The notes under the pieces were generated by a model, which searched no databases, was not told where the DNA came from, and saw only the letters and a program-made list of their open reading frames with translations. Shown here piece by piece: positions 48,983 through 59,165 of a stretch of DNA of 64,000 nucleotides (positions are counted from its first letter, which is position 1; the number at the start of each line of letters is the position of its first letter). Both the position numbers and the translations under genes were made by a program. The stretch is from Candidatus Woesearchaeota archaeon (GTDB taxonomy: Archaea > Nanobdellota > Nanobdellia > Woesearchaeales > UBA11576): the NCBI GenBank assembly GCA_018668595.1, contig JABJCP010000026.1, positions 323-64,322 of the forward strand, given 5' to 3'.

Positions 48983-50260
48983 ATGGCTAAGAAAGAAGAA
49001 CCTAAGAAAACTAGTAAAGAAACTAAAAAGAAAGTTACTAAGTTTAACCAACCTGAAATTAATATAGGTTTAATTGGACATGTAGATCATGGTAAAACAA
49101 CCCTTACAGAACGATTTTCTGGAAAATGGGCAGATACTCATTCTGAAGAAATTAAACGAGGAATCACAATCAGACTCGGTTATGCAGATGCTGAGTTCAG
49201 CATTTGTGAAAAATGCAAATTATATGTTGTGGGAGAAAAATGCCCTAAATGTGAAGGTAAAACAAAATTTCTAAGAAAAGTTAGTTTTGTTGATGCTCCT
49301 GGTCACGAAAGTTTAATGGCAACAATGCTTGCAGGTGCAACCATGATGGATGGTGCTATTTTATTAGTTTCTGCAGCAGAAGAATGTCCACAACCTCAAA
49401 CACGCGAACACTTAATGGCTTTAGAAATTATGGGTGTAAAAAATGTTATTGTTGTTCAAAATAAAGTTGATATTGTAAAAGAAGATCAAGCCTTAAAAAA
49501 TTATGAACAAATTAAAACATTCTTGAGTAAAACTAAATTTAAAGATGCTCCAATCATTCCAATTTCTGCTCAACATAATATCAATATTGATTTATTAATT
49601 CAAGCAATTGAAGAACACATTAAAACTCCAAAAAGAGATAATAGCAAATCACCTTTAATGTTTGTTGCGAGAAGTTTCGATATTAATAAACCAGGTCAAC
49701 CACCTAAAAAACTCGTCGGAGGTATTTTAGGCGGTGCTCTAACTCAAGGAAAATTAAAAGTTGGAGATACTATTGAAATCAAACCTGGAAGAGAAGTTGA
49801 AAAAGATGGTCGTAAAAATTATATTCCAATTCAAACAGAAATTACAGGACTAAAAAGTGGAGGAGACAATACAGATGAACTTAGTCCCGGAGGAAGTATT
49901 GGTGTTTTAACACTACTTGATCCTGGAATTGTTAAGAGCGATAAACTTGCAGGAAGTGTTGTTGGACTTTCAGGTAAACTACCACCTGTATTAAGATCAC
50001 TAAAACTTGAAACTCATTTACTTGATCGCGTCGTAGGTTCTAAAGAAGATATTGATGTAGATCCTATTAAACTTAAAGAGCCTCTTATGCTTAATGTTAA
50101 TTCTGCAGCAACAGTAGGAGTTGTGACTGAAATTGGAAAAGATGAATTTGACTGTATTTTAAAACTTCCTGTTTGTGCCGATATTGGTGCGAGAGTTACA
50201 ATTTCTCGCCGAGTTGGTGCTAGATTCAGATTAATTGGTTTTGGAATTATTAAAGAATAA
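48983..50260 (+). CDS. eif2g: Translation initiation factor 2 gamma subunit (aIF2-gamma)
   Basis: QPEINIGLIGHVDHGKTT, RGITIRLGYA, zinc-ribbon CxxC pairs, DAPGHE, QNKVD and RFRLIGFG. Confidence 0.97.
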   Translation: MAKKEEPKKTSKETKKKVTKFNQPEINIGLIGHVDHGKTTLTERFSGKWADTHSEEIKRGITIRLGYADAEFSICEKCKLYVVGEKCPKCEGKTKFLRKVSFVDAPGHESLMATMLAGATMMDGAILLVSAAEECPQPQTREHLMALEIMGVKNVIVVQNKVDIVKEDQALKNYEQIKTFLSKTKFKDAPIIPISAQHNINIDLLIQAIEEHIKTPKRDNSKSPLMFVARSFDINKPGQPPKKLVGGILGGALTQGKLKVGDTIEIKPGREVEKDGRKNYIPIQTEITGLKSGGDNTDELSPGGSIGVLTLLDPGIVKSDKLAGSVVGLSGKLPPVLRSLKLETHLLDRVVGSKEDIDVDPIKLKEPLMLNVNSAATVGVVTEIGKDEFDCILKLPVCADIGARVTISRRVGARFRLIGFGIIKE

Positions 50261-50386
50261 TTACTACAATCAAAAATTTAATTCATTACTTATTTTTATT
50301 ATTTAATTTAAAATTTTTATTTATGTTCTAAAAAAAAGGTGAAATTTTATAGTTTAACTTATAATTAGTTTGCGGGGGCGCTAAAC

Positions 50387-51301
50387 ATGTTATACAAAAT
50401 TAATGATCCGAATTTTATTAAACTTGTAGAAAAAGAAATTCCGTTAGATCGTCTTGAACAGAGACTTCGACCAAAACTAGGTCTAGAGGATAGTGATGCA
50501 GAATATAAAGCTCACGATAATTATAGAGATTTTTCAGGAGAAGGTTTTTTAGGAAAAGATGAATCTCTTCTCGAAGTCATTCATTCAGATTGGCAAATTC
50601 TTAGCAAATACAAAACAACTCATGCAGAAATTGCTAATGCTCTTGAAAAAGTTGTTGCAGGAGATTATGCACTTCATCCAGATTATGAATTTCGCGATGA
50701 TGGAATGGCAAGTTTAGGAACTCAAGGATGTCCTTGGTATTGTGGAGTTAATGGACAAAATACAGGCGTTATTACTAAGAAAAATTTAACAGATGATGAA
50801 GAACAAGAAGCAATTTTTATCCAATTACCACTATTACTTGGCAAAAATTCTAAAGAAGACTATAAAGAAATAATTAAAATCAAACAAGATATTAAAAAAA
50901 GATTAAAATCAGGACCTACCATTTATGCTCCAATAACTGATCTTCTTCCGCATTTAATTAGAGATCATTATTTCTTTGAAGGAAAAGACGTTCCTTATCG
51001 TGCAGATCCTGAATTCCTAATTAAAGCTCTCAACCTTGGACTTTCAAGATTTGAAACTCCTATTTTTACAATTTATGATGAAGCAACTCAAACAACTCAA
51101 TCACAGCTCACATCTGACGAAACTGAAGAAATAGTCTTAGAAGAATTAATACTAGAAAATCCATCTGAATTTTTAGAAGATACAAAAAAAGAAAAAAAAC
51201 TAAGTAAAGATTCTAATGAACTCACTGAAGCTGAAATGAACGCAGCAAGAACTTGGGGAGCTAAAATAAAGTTTGGTTTCAAAAAACTATTTAGAAAATA
51301 A
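50387..51301 (+). CDS. Hypothetical protein
   Basis: 304-aa ORF with conserved-looking motifs GFLGKDESL, QGCPW and HLIRDHYFFEG..YRADP; function not recognised. Confidence 0.7.
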   Translation: MLYKINDPNFIKLVEKEIPLDRLEQRLRPKLGLEDSDAEYKAHDNYRDFSGEGFLGKDESLLEVIHSDWQILSKYKTTHAEIANALEKVVAGDYALHPDYEFRDDGMASLGTQGCPWYCGVNGQNTGVITKKNLTDDEEQEAIFIQLPLLLGKNSKEDYKEIIKIKQDIKKRLKSGPTIYAPITDLLPHLIRDHYFFEGKDVPYRADPEFLIKALNLGLSRFETPIFTIYDEATQTTQSQLTSDETEEIVLEELILENPSEFLEDTKKEKKLSKDSNELTEAEMNAARTWGAKIKFGFKKLFRK

Positions 51302-51311
51302 CAACCCACCC

Positions 51312-51491
51312 AATTACTGCCTTGGCATATTAGTTGAACACAGGGTGTTCAATTATTTCAAAGCAAAGCTTTGATGATTTCAGTAACGATTGAAATGAGT
51401 TGCTGATATACTGCGTAAGAACTGCTGATTTATGCAAGCAGTTCGTCGATATGTCATACTTCATAGAAGATGATAACTTGCCGCAGTAATG
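51312..51491. repeat. ~180-bp dispersed multi-hairpin element, copy 2 (most diverged)
   Basis: AATTACTGCCTTGGCA...CCGCAGTAATG, followed by a partial second left end at 51508-51538. Confidence 0.9.
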
Positions 51492-51554
51492 AAAAAATAA
51501 ATAACTAAATTACTGACTCGGCATATTAGCTAAACACGCCGCATTCTATAGTTC

Positions 51555-52964
51555 TCATCTAGAAAATAATTTATACACAATAATCACAATTGGAAATACT
51601 TCTAATCGTCCAAGAAACATCATTACAATCATTGTATACTTCCCTATTAGTGGAACACCAATTAACGACATTGATGAAAGTCCAACAGTGCACAATGATG
51701 AAATTATTTGATATACTGAATGAAAAAAGTCATATCCTAAAAACATAAATATTAATATTCCCATTAATGCAAATAAAATATACATAAAAAAGAATATTCC
51801 TGCAAGTGTTAGTTCTTCTATTTCTACAGCTTCGCCTTGAATCTTTAGTGGAATTACTGCGTTTGGAGGAGAGGTTAATTTTTTAAGTTTCCATGCTATA
51901 GATTTTAAAAGAAGTCCTACTCTATAAAGTTTAAATCCTCCTGCTGTTGATCCTGTTGAACCCCCAATAAACATTCCAAGTACGACCAACAACACAACAA
52001 CTTGCGGAAGTAAATTCGTGTCAGTTATAGAAAATCCTGCAGTGGTTAATGCAGAAATAAGTTCAAATATTATTTCTTTATATTTGTCAGAAAAAAACAT
52101 AGATATTACAAAAAACAGAATTAAAATATATGAAAAAAGTTTCATTTGCGATTTTTGAAAAATATTTTTTAATTTTAGTCTAAATACTTTATGATGGAAT
52201 ACAAACGAGGTTGCACCCAAAATCATGATAATACTTATCACTAATAATTGCCAAGCATTTGTATAAAATACGTTTGTAACTGAAAATCCTCCTGTTGATA
52301 ATGCCGCAAAACATATAGTTATTGCTTCAAATAGTGGCAGTCCAGTTATGTAGAGAAATCCTATTCCAAGAAAAGTATAAAATAAGTATATCCAAAGTGT
52401 GGATTTTATTACTTCTCTTGGTGTTCCATCTGGAGAATTTACAGACGCTGTTGCGTGATATAATCTTCCAATTGATTGAACATGCATTTTTGTATCTTTT
52501 AGTGATTTTCTACTAGTCATTACAGATATCAAAAATAAGAATACAACAACTATTCCTATTCCTCCAATCCATTGAGTTTGTGCTCTCCAAAATAAAACGC
52601 TTTTAGGAACAATGCTCAAATCAGAAATCATAGAAAGTCCTGTTGTTGTAAATCCTGATACTGATTCAAAAAATGCATTATGAAAATTCCATTTGAATAA
52701 GGGTAAAAATGCTATTGATCCAATAAGCGAACTTACTAAAAAACAAAGCGCGGTTAGTATGAATGCTTTTGTTATTGTAAATTCATCTTTTTCTGGTTGG
52801 ACTAATGAACATACAATACCTACTACAAGTGTTATTGTAAAAGAAATTAAATGAAGTTTTATAGATTCTCCATATATTAGTGCTACAATTAGAGGAATCA
52901 ATCTTAAAACTGCAGAAATTAATAACAAATATCCTAAATATTTTAGAATAACTCTCATGTGCAC
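51555..52964 (-). CDS. trkH: Trk potassium uptake membrane subunit
   Basis: FFESVSGFTTTG, QWIGGIG, STGGFS, GGSTGSTAGG and MFLGRLE. Confidence 0.95.
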   Translation of the reverse strand: MHMRVILKYLGYLLLISAVLRLIPLIVALIYGESIKLHLISFTITLVVGIVCSLVQPEKDEFTITKAFILTALCFLVSSLIGSIAFLPLFKWNFHNAFFESVSGFTTTGLSMISDLSIVPKSVLFWRAQTQWIGGIGIVVVFLFLISVMTSRKSLKDTKMHVQSIGRLYHATASVNSPDGTPREVIKSTLWIYLFYTFLGIGFLYITGLPLFEAITICFAALSTGGFSVTNVFYTNAWQLLVISIIMILGATSFVFHHKVFRLKLKNIFQKSQMKLFSYILILFFVISMFFSDKYKEIIFELISALTTAGFSITDTNLLPQVVVLLVVLGMFIGGSTGSTAGGFKLYRVGLLLKSIAWKLKKLTSPPNAVIPLKIQGEAVEIEELTLAGIFFFMYILFALMGILIFMFLGYDFFHSVYQIISSLCTVGLSSMSLIGVPLIGKYTMIVMMFLGRLEVFPIVIIVYKLFSR

Positions 52965-53026
52965 TCCTTTTTATTAAATCAAACTATTAAATCAAACAAA
53001 TAAACTATACTGATTTTAACAAGATT

Positions 53027-53674
53027 TTATTTTCCTGAAAATAGTTTTTTTACTTGAAGTAAATCTTTTGTTTTTACAGTTATGATTACTGAATCTCCTT
53101 TTTCAATTACAGTAGATTCTTTTGGAAATATTAAATCTCCTTTTCTATATATTGTTCCAATGATTGCAGATTGTATATCTGCTATTTTTAATCCTACTAT
53201 TTTGCTTTCTTCTCCAACACTCATAATAAGTACTTGTACCTCTCCTTTTCCTAGTGTTAAAATTGTTTTTTCATCAGTAAGTGAGCTGATATTTCTTTTT
53301 ATAGCAGAAACAATAGAAGATACTGAGGATACTGCAACTGCTCCAAGTCTAGTGAATAATTCTTCATTACCTACATTGTTTACTCTAGAAACTATTTGTT
53401 TAACTCCTGCATCTTTTGCAATTTCACAAGCCATAATATTTGTTTTATCATCGCCTGTACATGCAATAACTATCTCGCAGTCCTTAATACCTGCTTGTTT
53501 CATAATATCCATGCTTCCTGCATCACCGTGAATTACTAATGCTGTTGTTTCGTTAGCAATGTCTTTAGCAGTATCGGATTCATTTTCAACTAGAACTACA
53601 TCATATTTTTCTGCGATCAGAACACTTGCAAGGGTATTTCCTATTTGTCCTGCTCCTGCAACAAGTATTTTCAT
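53027..53674 (-). CDS. trkA: Trk potassium uptake NAD-binding subunit
   Basis: VAGAGQIG, GDAG, CTGDD and a TrkA-C domain (IYRKG...GD). Confidence 0.92.
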   Translation of the reverse strand: MKILVAGAGQIGNTLASVLIAEKYDVVLVENESDTAKDIANETTALVIHGDAGSMDIMKQAGIKDCEIVIACTGDDKTNIMACEIAKDAGVKQIVSRVNNVGNEELFTRLGAVAVSSVSSIVSAIKRNISSLTDEKTILTLGKGEVQVLIMSVGEESKIVGLKIADIQSAIIGTIYRKGDLIFPKESTVIEKGDSVIITVKTKDLLQVKKLFSGK

Positions 53675-53749
53675 TTTATCCCTCTTTTAGATCAATAAAA
53701 AAATAGATTTTAAAAAAAATTGGTTTGATCTATACACATCTACAAATAA

Positions 53750-54313
53750 TTAATCCACAAATAATTTATATTTTTCTTTTTCTTCTAATTCCAAAACTAA
53801 TCTTTTCAAAAGAATTTTTTCTGGATCTGGAATCAATTTAACACGACTCTTTAAATCCTCAAAATTTTTGAATGGATCACCTTTTCTTTCTTCGATAATT
53901 GCCCACATATGTTTTTTTCCAAGACCTGGAAGTAATTCTAATTGGTGCATTCTTGTAGTTAAAGGTCTAGCAGTATTAAAAAATTCAATAAAATCTAATT
54001 CTCGTTCTTTTATTAAATCTTTTAGAACATATTCTATTGATGATTTTGCAGTGGATGTTAATTTAGCATAAGCTAATTTTCCAAGTATGTGATGTATTTG
54101 ATCTCTTTTTCCGTCTCCAATATATACTTCTTGATTGGGTTGTAAGAATACATCTTTTTTTGGAACAAGTTCTAGTAATGTAAATCTTTTTTTTCCTAAT
54201 ACTTGAACTATAGGTGTTTTTCTGTGAGAAGGTCTTGAATCAAAGGGATATCCATTTGGTAAAAAATCTAATACAACTACTTCTTCTTCTTTGGATTTTC
54301 TTTGTTGTTCCAT
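53750..54313 (-). CDS. DUF655 RNA-binding protein
   Basis: VVLDFLPNG, FTLLEL, FFNTA.P.TTRMHQLELLPGLGKK; conserved position after rpoF. Confidence 0.93.
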   Translation of the reverse strand: MEQQRKSKEEEVVVLDFLPNGYPFDSRPSHRKTPIVQVLGKKRFTLLELVPKKDVFLQPNQEVYIGDGKRDQIHHILGKLAYAKLTSTAKSSIEYVLKDLIKERELDFIEFFNTARPLTTRMHQLELLPGLGKKHMWAIIEERKGDPFKNFEDLKSRVKLIPDPEKILLKRLVLELEEKEKYKLFVD

Positions 54314-54470
54314 TTTGGGCTCTTAAAATTTTTGCTTCATAAAAAATTAAATAAAAAAAATCAATTAAACAATTAATTAAAATATGAAATTAAAACATAA
54401 ATTATAAACAACAAATTAAAAATAAAATTTAATAAATTTAATAATTTAAATAAAACAATTAATTAAAAAA

Positions 54471-54836
54471 TTATTTCTTTTTTGAATCTTTCTCTTCAAC
54501 AAATGCTACGAAAATATCTGCAATCTTTTTCATATTCTCTTTTGTAACAATTATAGGATATGCTTGAAGTACTGATGAAACTTCTTCTTGAGATATAGGA
54601 ACTATATCAATCATTTTGATTATATGTTCAGGTTTAAGTCTTGGAACTTCTAATCCTTCAACTTGCTTGAACAAAGCTTTTGCTTCAGATGATTTCATAG
54701 ATACAAACATATTTAGGAATTCTTCTGTTTTTTGTGCTCTGAAATTTAATTCATCATCTCGCTTTTTTATTTTTTTGAGTGATTCTTTTAACTCAACCAT
54801 TGTTATTGATTGTTCTTCTAATATTTTTGGATTCAT
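54471..54836 (-). CDS. rpoF: RNA polymerase subunit Rpo4/F
   Basis: ELNFRAQKTEEFL and IKMIDIVP....V; synteny rpl21e-rpoF-DUF655. Start placed at ATG 54836. Confidence 0.88.
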   Translation of the reverse strand: MNPKILEEQSITMVELKESLKKIKKRDDELNFRAQKTEEFLNMFVSMKSSEAKALFKQVEGLEVPRLKPEHIIKMIDIVPISQEEVSSVLQAYPIIVTKENMKKIADIFVAFVEEKDSKKK

Positions 54837-54890
54837 TTTTTGCACCTTAAGTCAAAGTAGAGTAAACAAATACGCACAGTTTGATTCAAC

Positions 54891-55184
54891 TTATGCGATT
54901 TTTTTTAGGTGTACTGGATGTACTACTAATGTTTTCTCTTTGTTGATATCTTTAATCATTATTTCATAGCATTTACCACGCGTACATTTAACAACTCCAG
55001 TTTTACCATGGAATCTTCTAAAGTACATTCCTTTTTGATATGCAGTTTCTGCTAATAATTGAACTTTGTCCCCTTCTTCCATTTTTTGGAAAAATTTGGA
55101 TATGCTAATTTTACCTTTTCGTCTTATGGGTTTCTTGAATTTATTTCTTGTTTTTCTTCTCGCTCCCCCAACTCTACTTACCAT
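54891..55184 (-). CDS. rpl21e: 50S ribosomal protein L21e
   Basis: RRKTR, GDKV, RRFHGKTGVV and VHPVHLK. Confidence 0.96.
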   Translation of the reverse strand: MVSRVGGARRKTRNKFKKPIRRKGKISISKFFQKMEEGDKVQLLAETAYQKGMYFRRFHGKTGVVKCTRGKCYEIMIKDINKEKTLVVHPVHLKKIA

Positions 55185-55605
55185 TTAAAACACTCTCCAA
55201 TCGCTTTTTAACTTATTTTTGTACTTTCACACTCTTTTTACGCAACATGCGCATTTTAGCGCAATATACTCATTTACTTATTATTAACTTGTTATTATCC
55301 TGATTATTATTAAATTCCTGTCAGTCAATAAGCAGGAACAATTTCTAAATACTTTATAAATCTAAATATTTAAATCTATGCTTTTTTAAAAGGAATTTTA
55401 ATGGGTATAAAAAGGTTTCGCACAAATCCCTGAATTTAACACTATTTAAGACAATTAACAAACTAACCCTATTAAAAGTGTTATGAATTTAGAGTGATAC
55501 AAAAATTCTAGAAAATAGAAAAGTTTAAATATTAAGGTAAATTGTATTTTTGTTGATAAAAACGAGGTTTTTAATTTTCAATAAAGAAAAAGGGAGGGAG
55601 TATAA

Positions 55606-56019
55606 ATGGGTTTTTTTGACAAACTTAAAGAAAAAATAGCAACACGTTCTGATGATTTTGAACCTGAAGAACATCAACCAGAGGACTATGTTGAAATCAG
55701 TCATGATTCACAAGGAGATAAACATTCTAGAATATTAGTAAGACCATTTGTTATTGAAGAATTTGGAGACATCAAACCAGTTCTTGATTGTTTAAGAGAA
55801 GGCTACACAATAGCATTAGTAAATATTCGTCCACTTAAAGATAAAGATCTTGTTGAACTTAAGCGTGCAATAAATAAACTTAAGAAAACTTGTGAAGCTA
55901 TCGAGGGTGACATTGCAGGTTTTAGCGATGATTGGGTTGCAGTAACTCCAAGCTTTGCAAAGATTTATAGAGAAAAAACACCAAGAGTTAAAAGTCTTGA
56001 AGCAGATGAAGATTTCTAA
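55606..56019 (+). CDS. sepF: Cell division protein SepF
   Basis: VLDCLREGYTIALVNI, LKRAINKLKK..EAIEGDIAG and VTP; GGAGGG RBS. Confidence 0.9.
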   Translation: MGFFDKLKEKIATRSDDFEPEEHQPEDYVEISHDSQGDKHSRILVRPFVIEEFGDIKPVLDCLREGYTIALVNIRPLKDKDLVELKRAINKLKKTCEAIEGDIAGFSDDWVAVTPSFAKIYREKTPRVKSLEADEDF

Positions 56020-56179
56020 ATCATTTTAAATCAATTAATTTTTTCTTTTTTAATTATTAATTTCTCAAACTTTATTTTTTTATTTACTTTAATTTTCTGG
56101 TTTAAACTAGTCTTATTTTTTCTTTAGTCAATTTCTTTATAGTAAAATATTTAAACATAAAACAATTCTCTGTTTTGAT

Positions 56180-56782
56180 ATGAGTGAAGAAGAATCAAAT
56201 CAAGAAAATTCAGAACAGCAAAGTGAAACTGCACCAGCAATTGATGGAGAGTTCAAAGCTGTAACTCCTGCAGATATTCTCGGCGGGGAAACTTGTCCAA
56301 TTTGTAGCACTAAAAATTTGACATTAAGAGAAGAAGAATTAGAAATTCCTTTTTTTGGTAATGTTTATGTTTTTTCTATGAGTTGTTCAAATTGTAAATT
56401 TCACAAAGCAGATCTTGAGTGCAAAGACCAAAGAGGTCCTGCGAAATATACATTAGATATTGATTGTGAAGAAGATATGAAAATAAGAGTTATTAGAAGC
56501 TCTGAAGCAACTATTAAAATTCCTAGAATCAGCGATATAGAACCAGGTCCTGCAGCACAAGGATTTGTTACAAATGTTGAAGGAGTGTTTTCAAGAGTTA
56601 AACAAAGACTTGAACATTTAAAAGAAAGTGAAGAAGATAATGATGTCAAAAAGAAAATTCGCAATATGATCAAAAAAATTAATAGAATTACGTGGGGTCA
56701 GGATAAAGCTAAATTAATTATTGAAGATCCTAGCGGTAATAGTGCAATTATTTCAGAAAAAGTTAAGAAAGGTAAACTGTAA
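56180..56782 (+). CDS. ZPR1 zinc-finger protein
   Basis: CPIC, IPFFG, CSNC, RVIRS, IEPGP, TNVEG and EDPSGNS. Confidence 0.93.
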   Translation: MSEEESNQENSEQQSETAPAIDGEFKAVTPADILGGETCPICSTKNLTLREEELEIPFFGNVYVFSMSCSNCKFHKADLECKDQRGPAKYTLDIDCEEDMKIRVIRSSEATIKIPRISDIEPGPAAQGFVTNVEGVFSRVKQRLEHLKESEEDNDVKKKIRNMIKKINRITWGQDKAKLIIEDPSGNSAIISEKVKKGKL

Positions 56783-56872
56783 AAAAAAGTAAACAATTTT
56801 AATAAAAAAATAAGAATAATAGAAAAATATTACAATAATCAAAAATAGTAAATTTTCTTAGGGGTGGTTTGT

Positions 56873-57619
56873 TTGGTAAAAATTGGCATCATTGGTGGTT
56901 CAGGATTAGATGATCCTAAAATTCTTAAAGATTCTAAAGAAGTAGAAATTAAAACTCCTTATGGAGATCCAACATCTGTTTTGACAGAGGGTACAATAAA
57001 CAATGTTAATGTTTTTTTGATTGCAAGACATGGGAAACAACATCAGCATTCTCCTACAAGTGTTAATTATAGAGCAAATATTTGGGCACTTAAAGAAGTT
57101 GGTTGTACTCATATTATTGCAACTACTGCTGTCGGTAGCTTGCGAAAAGAAATTGATCGAGGACATCTTGTTATCATGGATCAGTTTATTGATTTTACTC
57201 GACATAGAAAAGTTACTTTTCATGACACATTTGAAAAGGGTGCAATTCATACTCCTATGGCAAATCCATTCTCTGAAGATCTTAGAAACTTATTAGTCAG
57301 CGGATGCAAATCTTTAAATCTTGATCATCATGAAAAAGGAACAGTAATTACTATTGAAGGTCCTAGATTTTCAACTAAAGCAGAAAGTCGCATGTTTCGT
57401 GCTTGGGGTGCAGATATTATTAACATGTCTATTGCTCCTGAATGTATTCTTGCAAATGAAATTGGAATTCCTTATGCTGCTGTTGCTATGAGTACTGATT
57501 ACGATTGTTGGAAAGAAGATGAAAAACCAGTTACTTGGGATGCAATACTTGAAATTTTTAAAGCAAATGTGGGCAAGGTTACAAAGTTATTATTCGAAGT
57601 TATTCCCAAAGTTAAGTAA
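56873..57619 (+). CDS. mtnP: S-methyl-5'-thioadenosine phosphorylase
   Basis: IGIIGGSG, TPYG, RHG, NYRANIWAL, EGPRFSTKAES and STDYDCW. Start placed at TTG 56873 after GGGGTGG. Confidence 0.93.
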   Translation: MVKIGIIGGSGLDDPKILKDSKEVEIKTPYGDPTSVLTEGTINNVNVFLIARHGKQHQHSPTSVNYRANIWALKEVGCTHIIATTAVGSLRKEIDRGHLVIMDQFIDFTRHRKVTFHDTFEKGAIHTPMANPFSEDLRNLLVSGCKSLNLDHHEKGTVITIEGPRFSTKAESRMFRAWGADIINMSIAPECILANEIGIPYAAVAMSTDYDCWKEDEKPVTWDAILEIFKANVGKVTKLLFEVIPKVK

Positions 57620-57626
57620 ACAACAA

Positions 57627-57805
57627 CATTACTGCCTTGGCATATTAGTTGAACACAAAGTGTTCAATTAATTCAAAACAAAGTTTTGATGAATTCAGCG
57701 ACGAGTAAACCGAGTTGCTGAGTTACGGCAGAAAATGGTCTGATTCATGCAAGACCATTTTCGTTAACTAAAATTCATAGAATTTTATAAACTGCCGCAG
57801 TAATG
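57627..57805. repeat. ~180-bp dispersed multi-hairpin element, copy 3
   Basis: CATTACTGCCTTGGCA...ACTGCCGCAGTAATG; same hairpin order as the other two copies. Confidence 0.9.
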
Positions 57806-57880
57806 CACAAAAAAAAATTATTCAACAATAAATAAAAAGCACAATAAATAATAAAACAAACAAAACAGAGGTAAAATAAA

Positions 57881-58408
57881 ATGTCAATCAAATCAAAAAT
57901 TAGAACAATTCCAAATTATCCTAAAGAAGGAATTATGTTTCGAGATATTACAACACTTCTACAAGATGCTCAAGGTATGCGTCAAGTTATTGACGAGCTT
58001 GTTCAAAGATACATAGACACAAAAATTGATGTGATCTGCGGTATTGAAGCTAGAGGTTTTGTTATGGGTGGAGCTCTTGCTCATCAAATGAATAAAGGTT
58101 TTGTTCCTATTAGAAAAAAAGGTAAACTTCCTGCAGAAACTGTGAGTCAAGAATATGCTCTAGAGTATGGAACTGATACTATAGAAATGCATAAAGATTC
58201 TATTAAACCAGGAGATAATGTTCTTATTGTTGACGACCTACTTGCAACCGGCGGAACTGCTGGTGCTGCTGCAAAACTTGTTGAACAACTAGGTGGCAAA
58301 ATTGTTGAGCTTTCTTTCATTGTCGACTTACCAGATATTGGCGGCAGAAAAAAACTTGAAGCTGCAGGTTACAAAATTTTTGCACTTTGCGAATTTGAAG
58401 GAGATTAG
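57881..58408 (+). CDS. apt: Adenine phosphoribosyltransferase
   Basis: [29 protein letters not shown] and [10 protein letters not shown]. Confidence 0.97.
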   Translation: MSIKSKIRTIPNYPKEGIMFRDITTLLQDAQGMRQVIDELVQRYIDTKIDVICGIEARGFVMGGALAHQMNKGFVPIRKKGKLPAETVSQEYALEYGTDTIEMHKDSIKPGDNVLIVDDLLATGGTAGAAAKLVEQLGGKIVELSFIVDLPDIGGRKKLEAAGYKIFALCEFEGD

Positions 58409-58439
58409 TTTTTTGTTTTATTCCTGCTAATATAAAACC

Positions 58440-58860
58440 CTTGTAATTTTGATGAACATCAAAAGTCTCTTTTCTATATTTCCCAGTTCTTCAATATTTT
58501 GAAACGTACTGATTTTTTTAAAAAATCAAAGAATATGCTTTAAGTTTCTCAAAGAATAAACGGAAAATGTTATTGTCACCATAACCCCCGTCTGCGTAAA
58601 GAATATTTAGTTTGTAATATCTACTAAGTTTTTTGATCATTAGCTTAACATCTTTTGTATTGTGCCGAGCTTTTTTTTTCAAATTGTACAGCAAAATAAC
58701 ATAACTTTCAATATCGACGAAAAACACCCAATATAATTTACAGTTTTCTTAGGAGAGTTTTATAATGGTCCTATTCAAAACAAAACACATAATTTAATTG
58801 CAAACAAAAATAAATTATAATTTGGCACTATGCACGCAGTGTAGATTTTTACTTAATGAT
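58440..58860 (-). pseudogene. Decayed IS5/IS4-like DDE transposase fragment
   Basis: VFVDIESYVIL...RHNTKD...LYADGGY is typical of DDE_Tnp_1. In-frame stops lie upstream and there is a frameshift at an A-run downstream. Boundaries are approximate. Confidence 0.65.
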
Positions 58861-59165
58861 AACAAAGAAGAGTTAATCCACTACTAAAACAAAAACCCTG
58901 TTTCCCAATATATTTTTTTAAATCATCTCTCGTTAACTAAAGCAATTACATTAATGTTATGAACATCTCTGTTTGTTATTTCTAAAAAAGAATATTTCCT
59001 ATTTTCATTTTCAACAAAATCACCCCAAAATTATTTACAAAAATCTAAAGATAAAAATTGCTAATTATCTGCCTCCACCCAATAGTCTTACTCAATACAA
59101 CTAAAGAATATATAGTAATAACCCTTCCCACCATAAAGTAGTTAAATTTACCTAATTAAATAAAA

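Noticed and set aside
28107-57805. CRISPR array or tRNA explanation for the ~180-bp repeats
   Set aside because: The copies are kilobases apart with no repeat-spacer periodicity and no cas genes. There is no cloverleaf, T-loop or anticodon arm.
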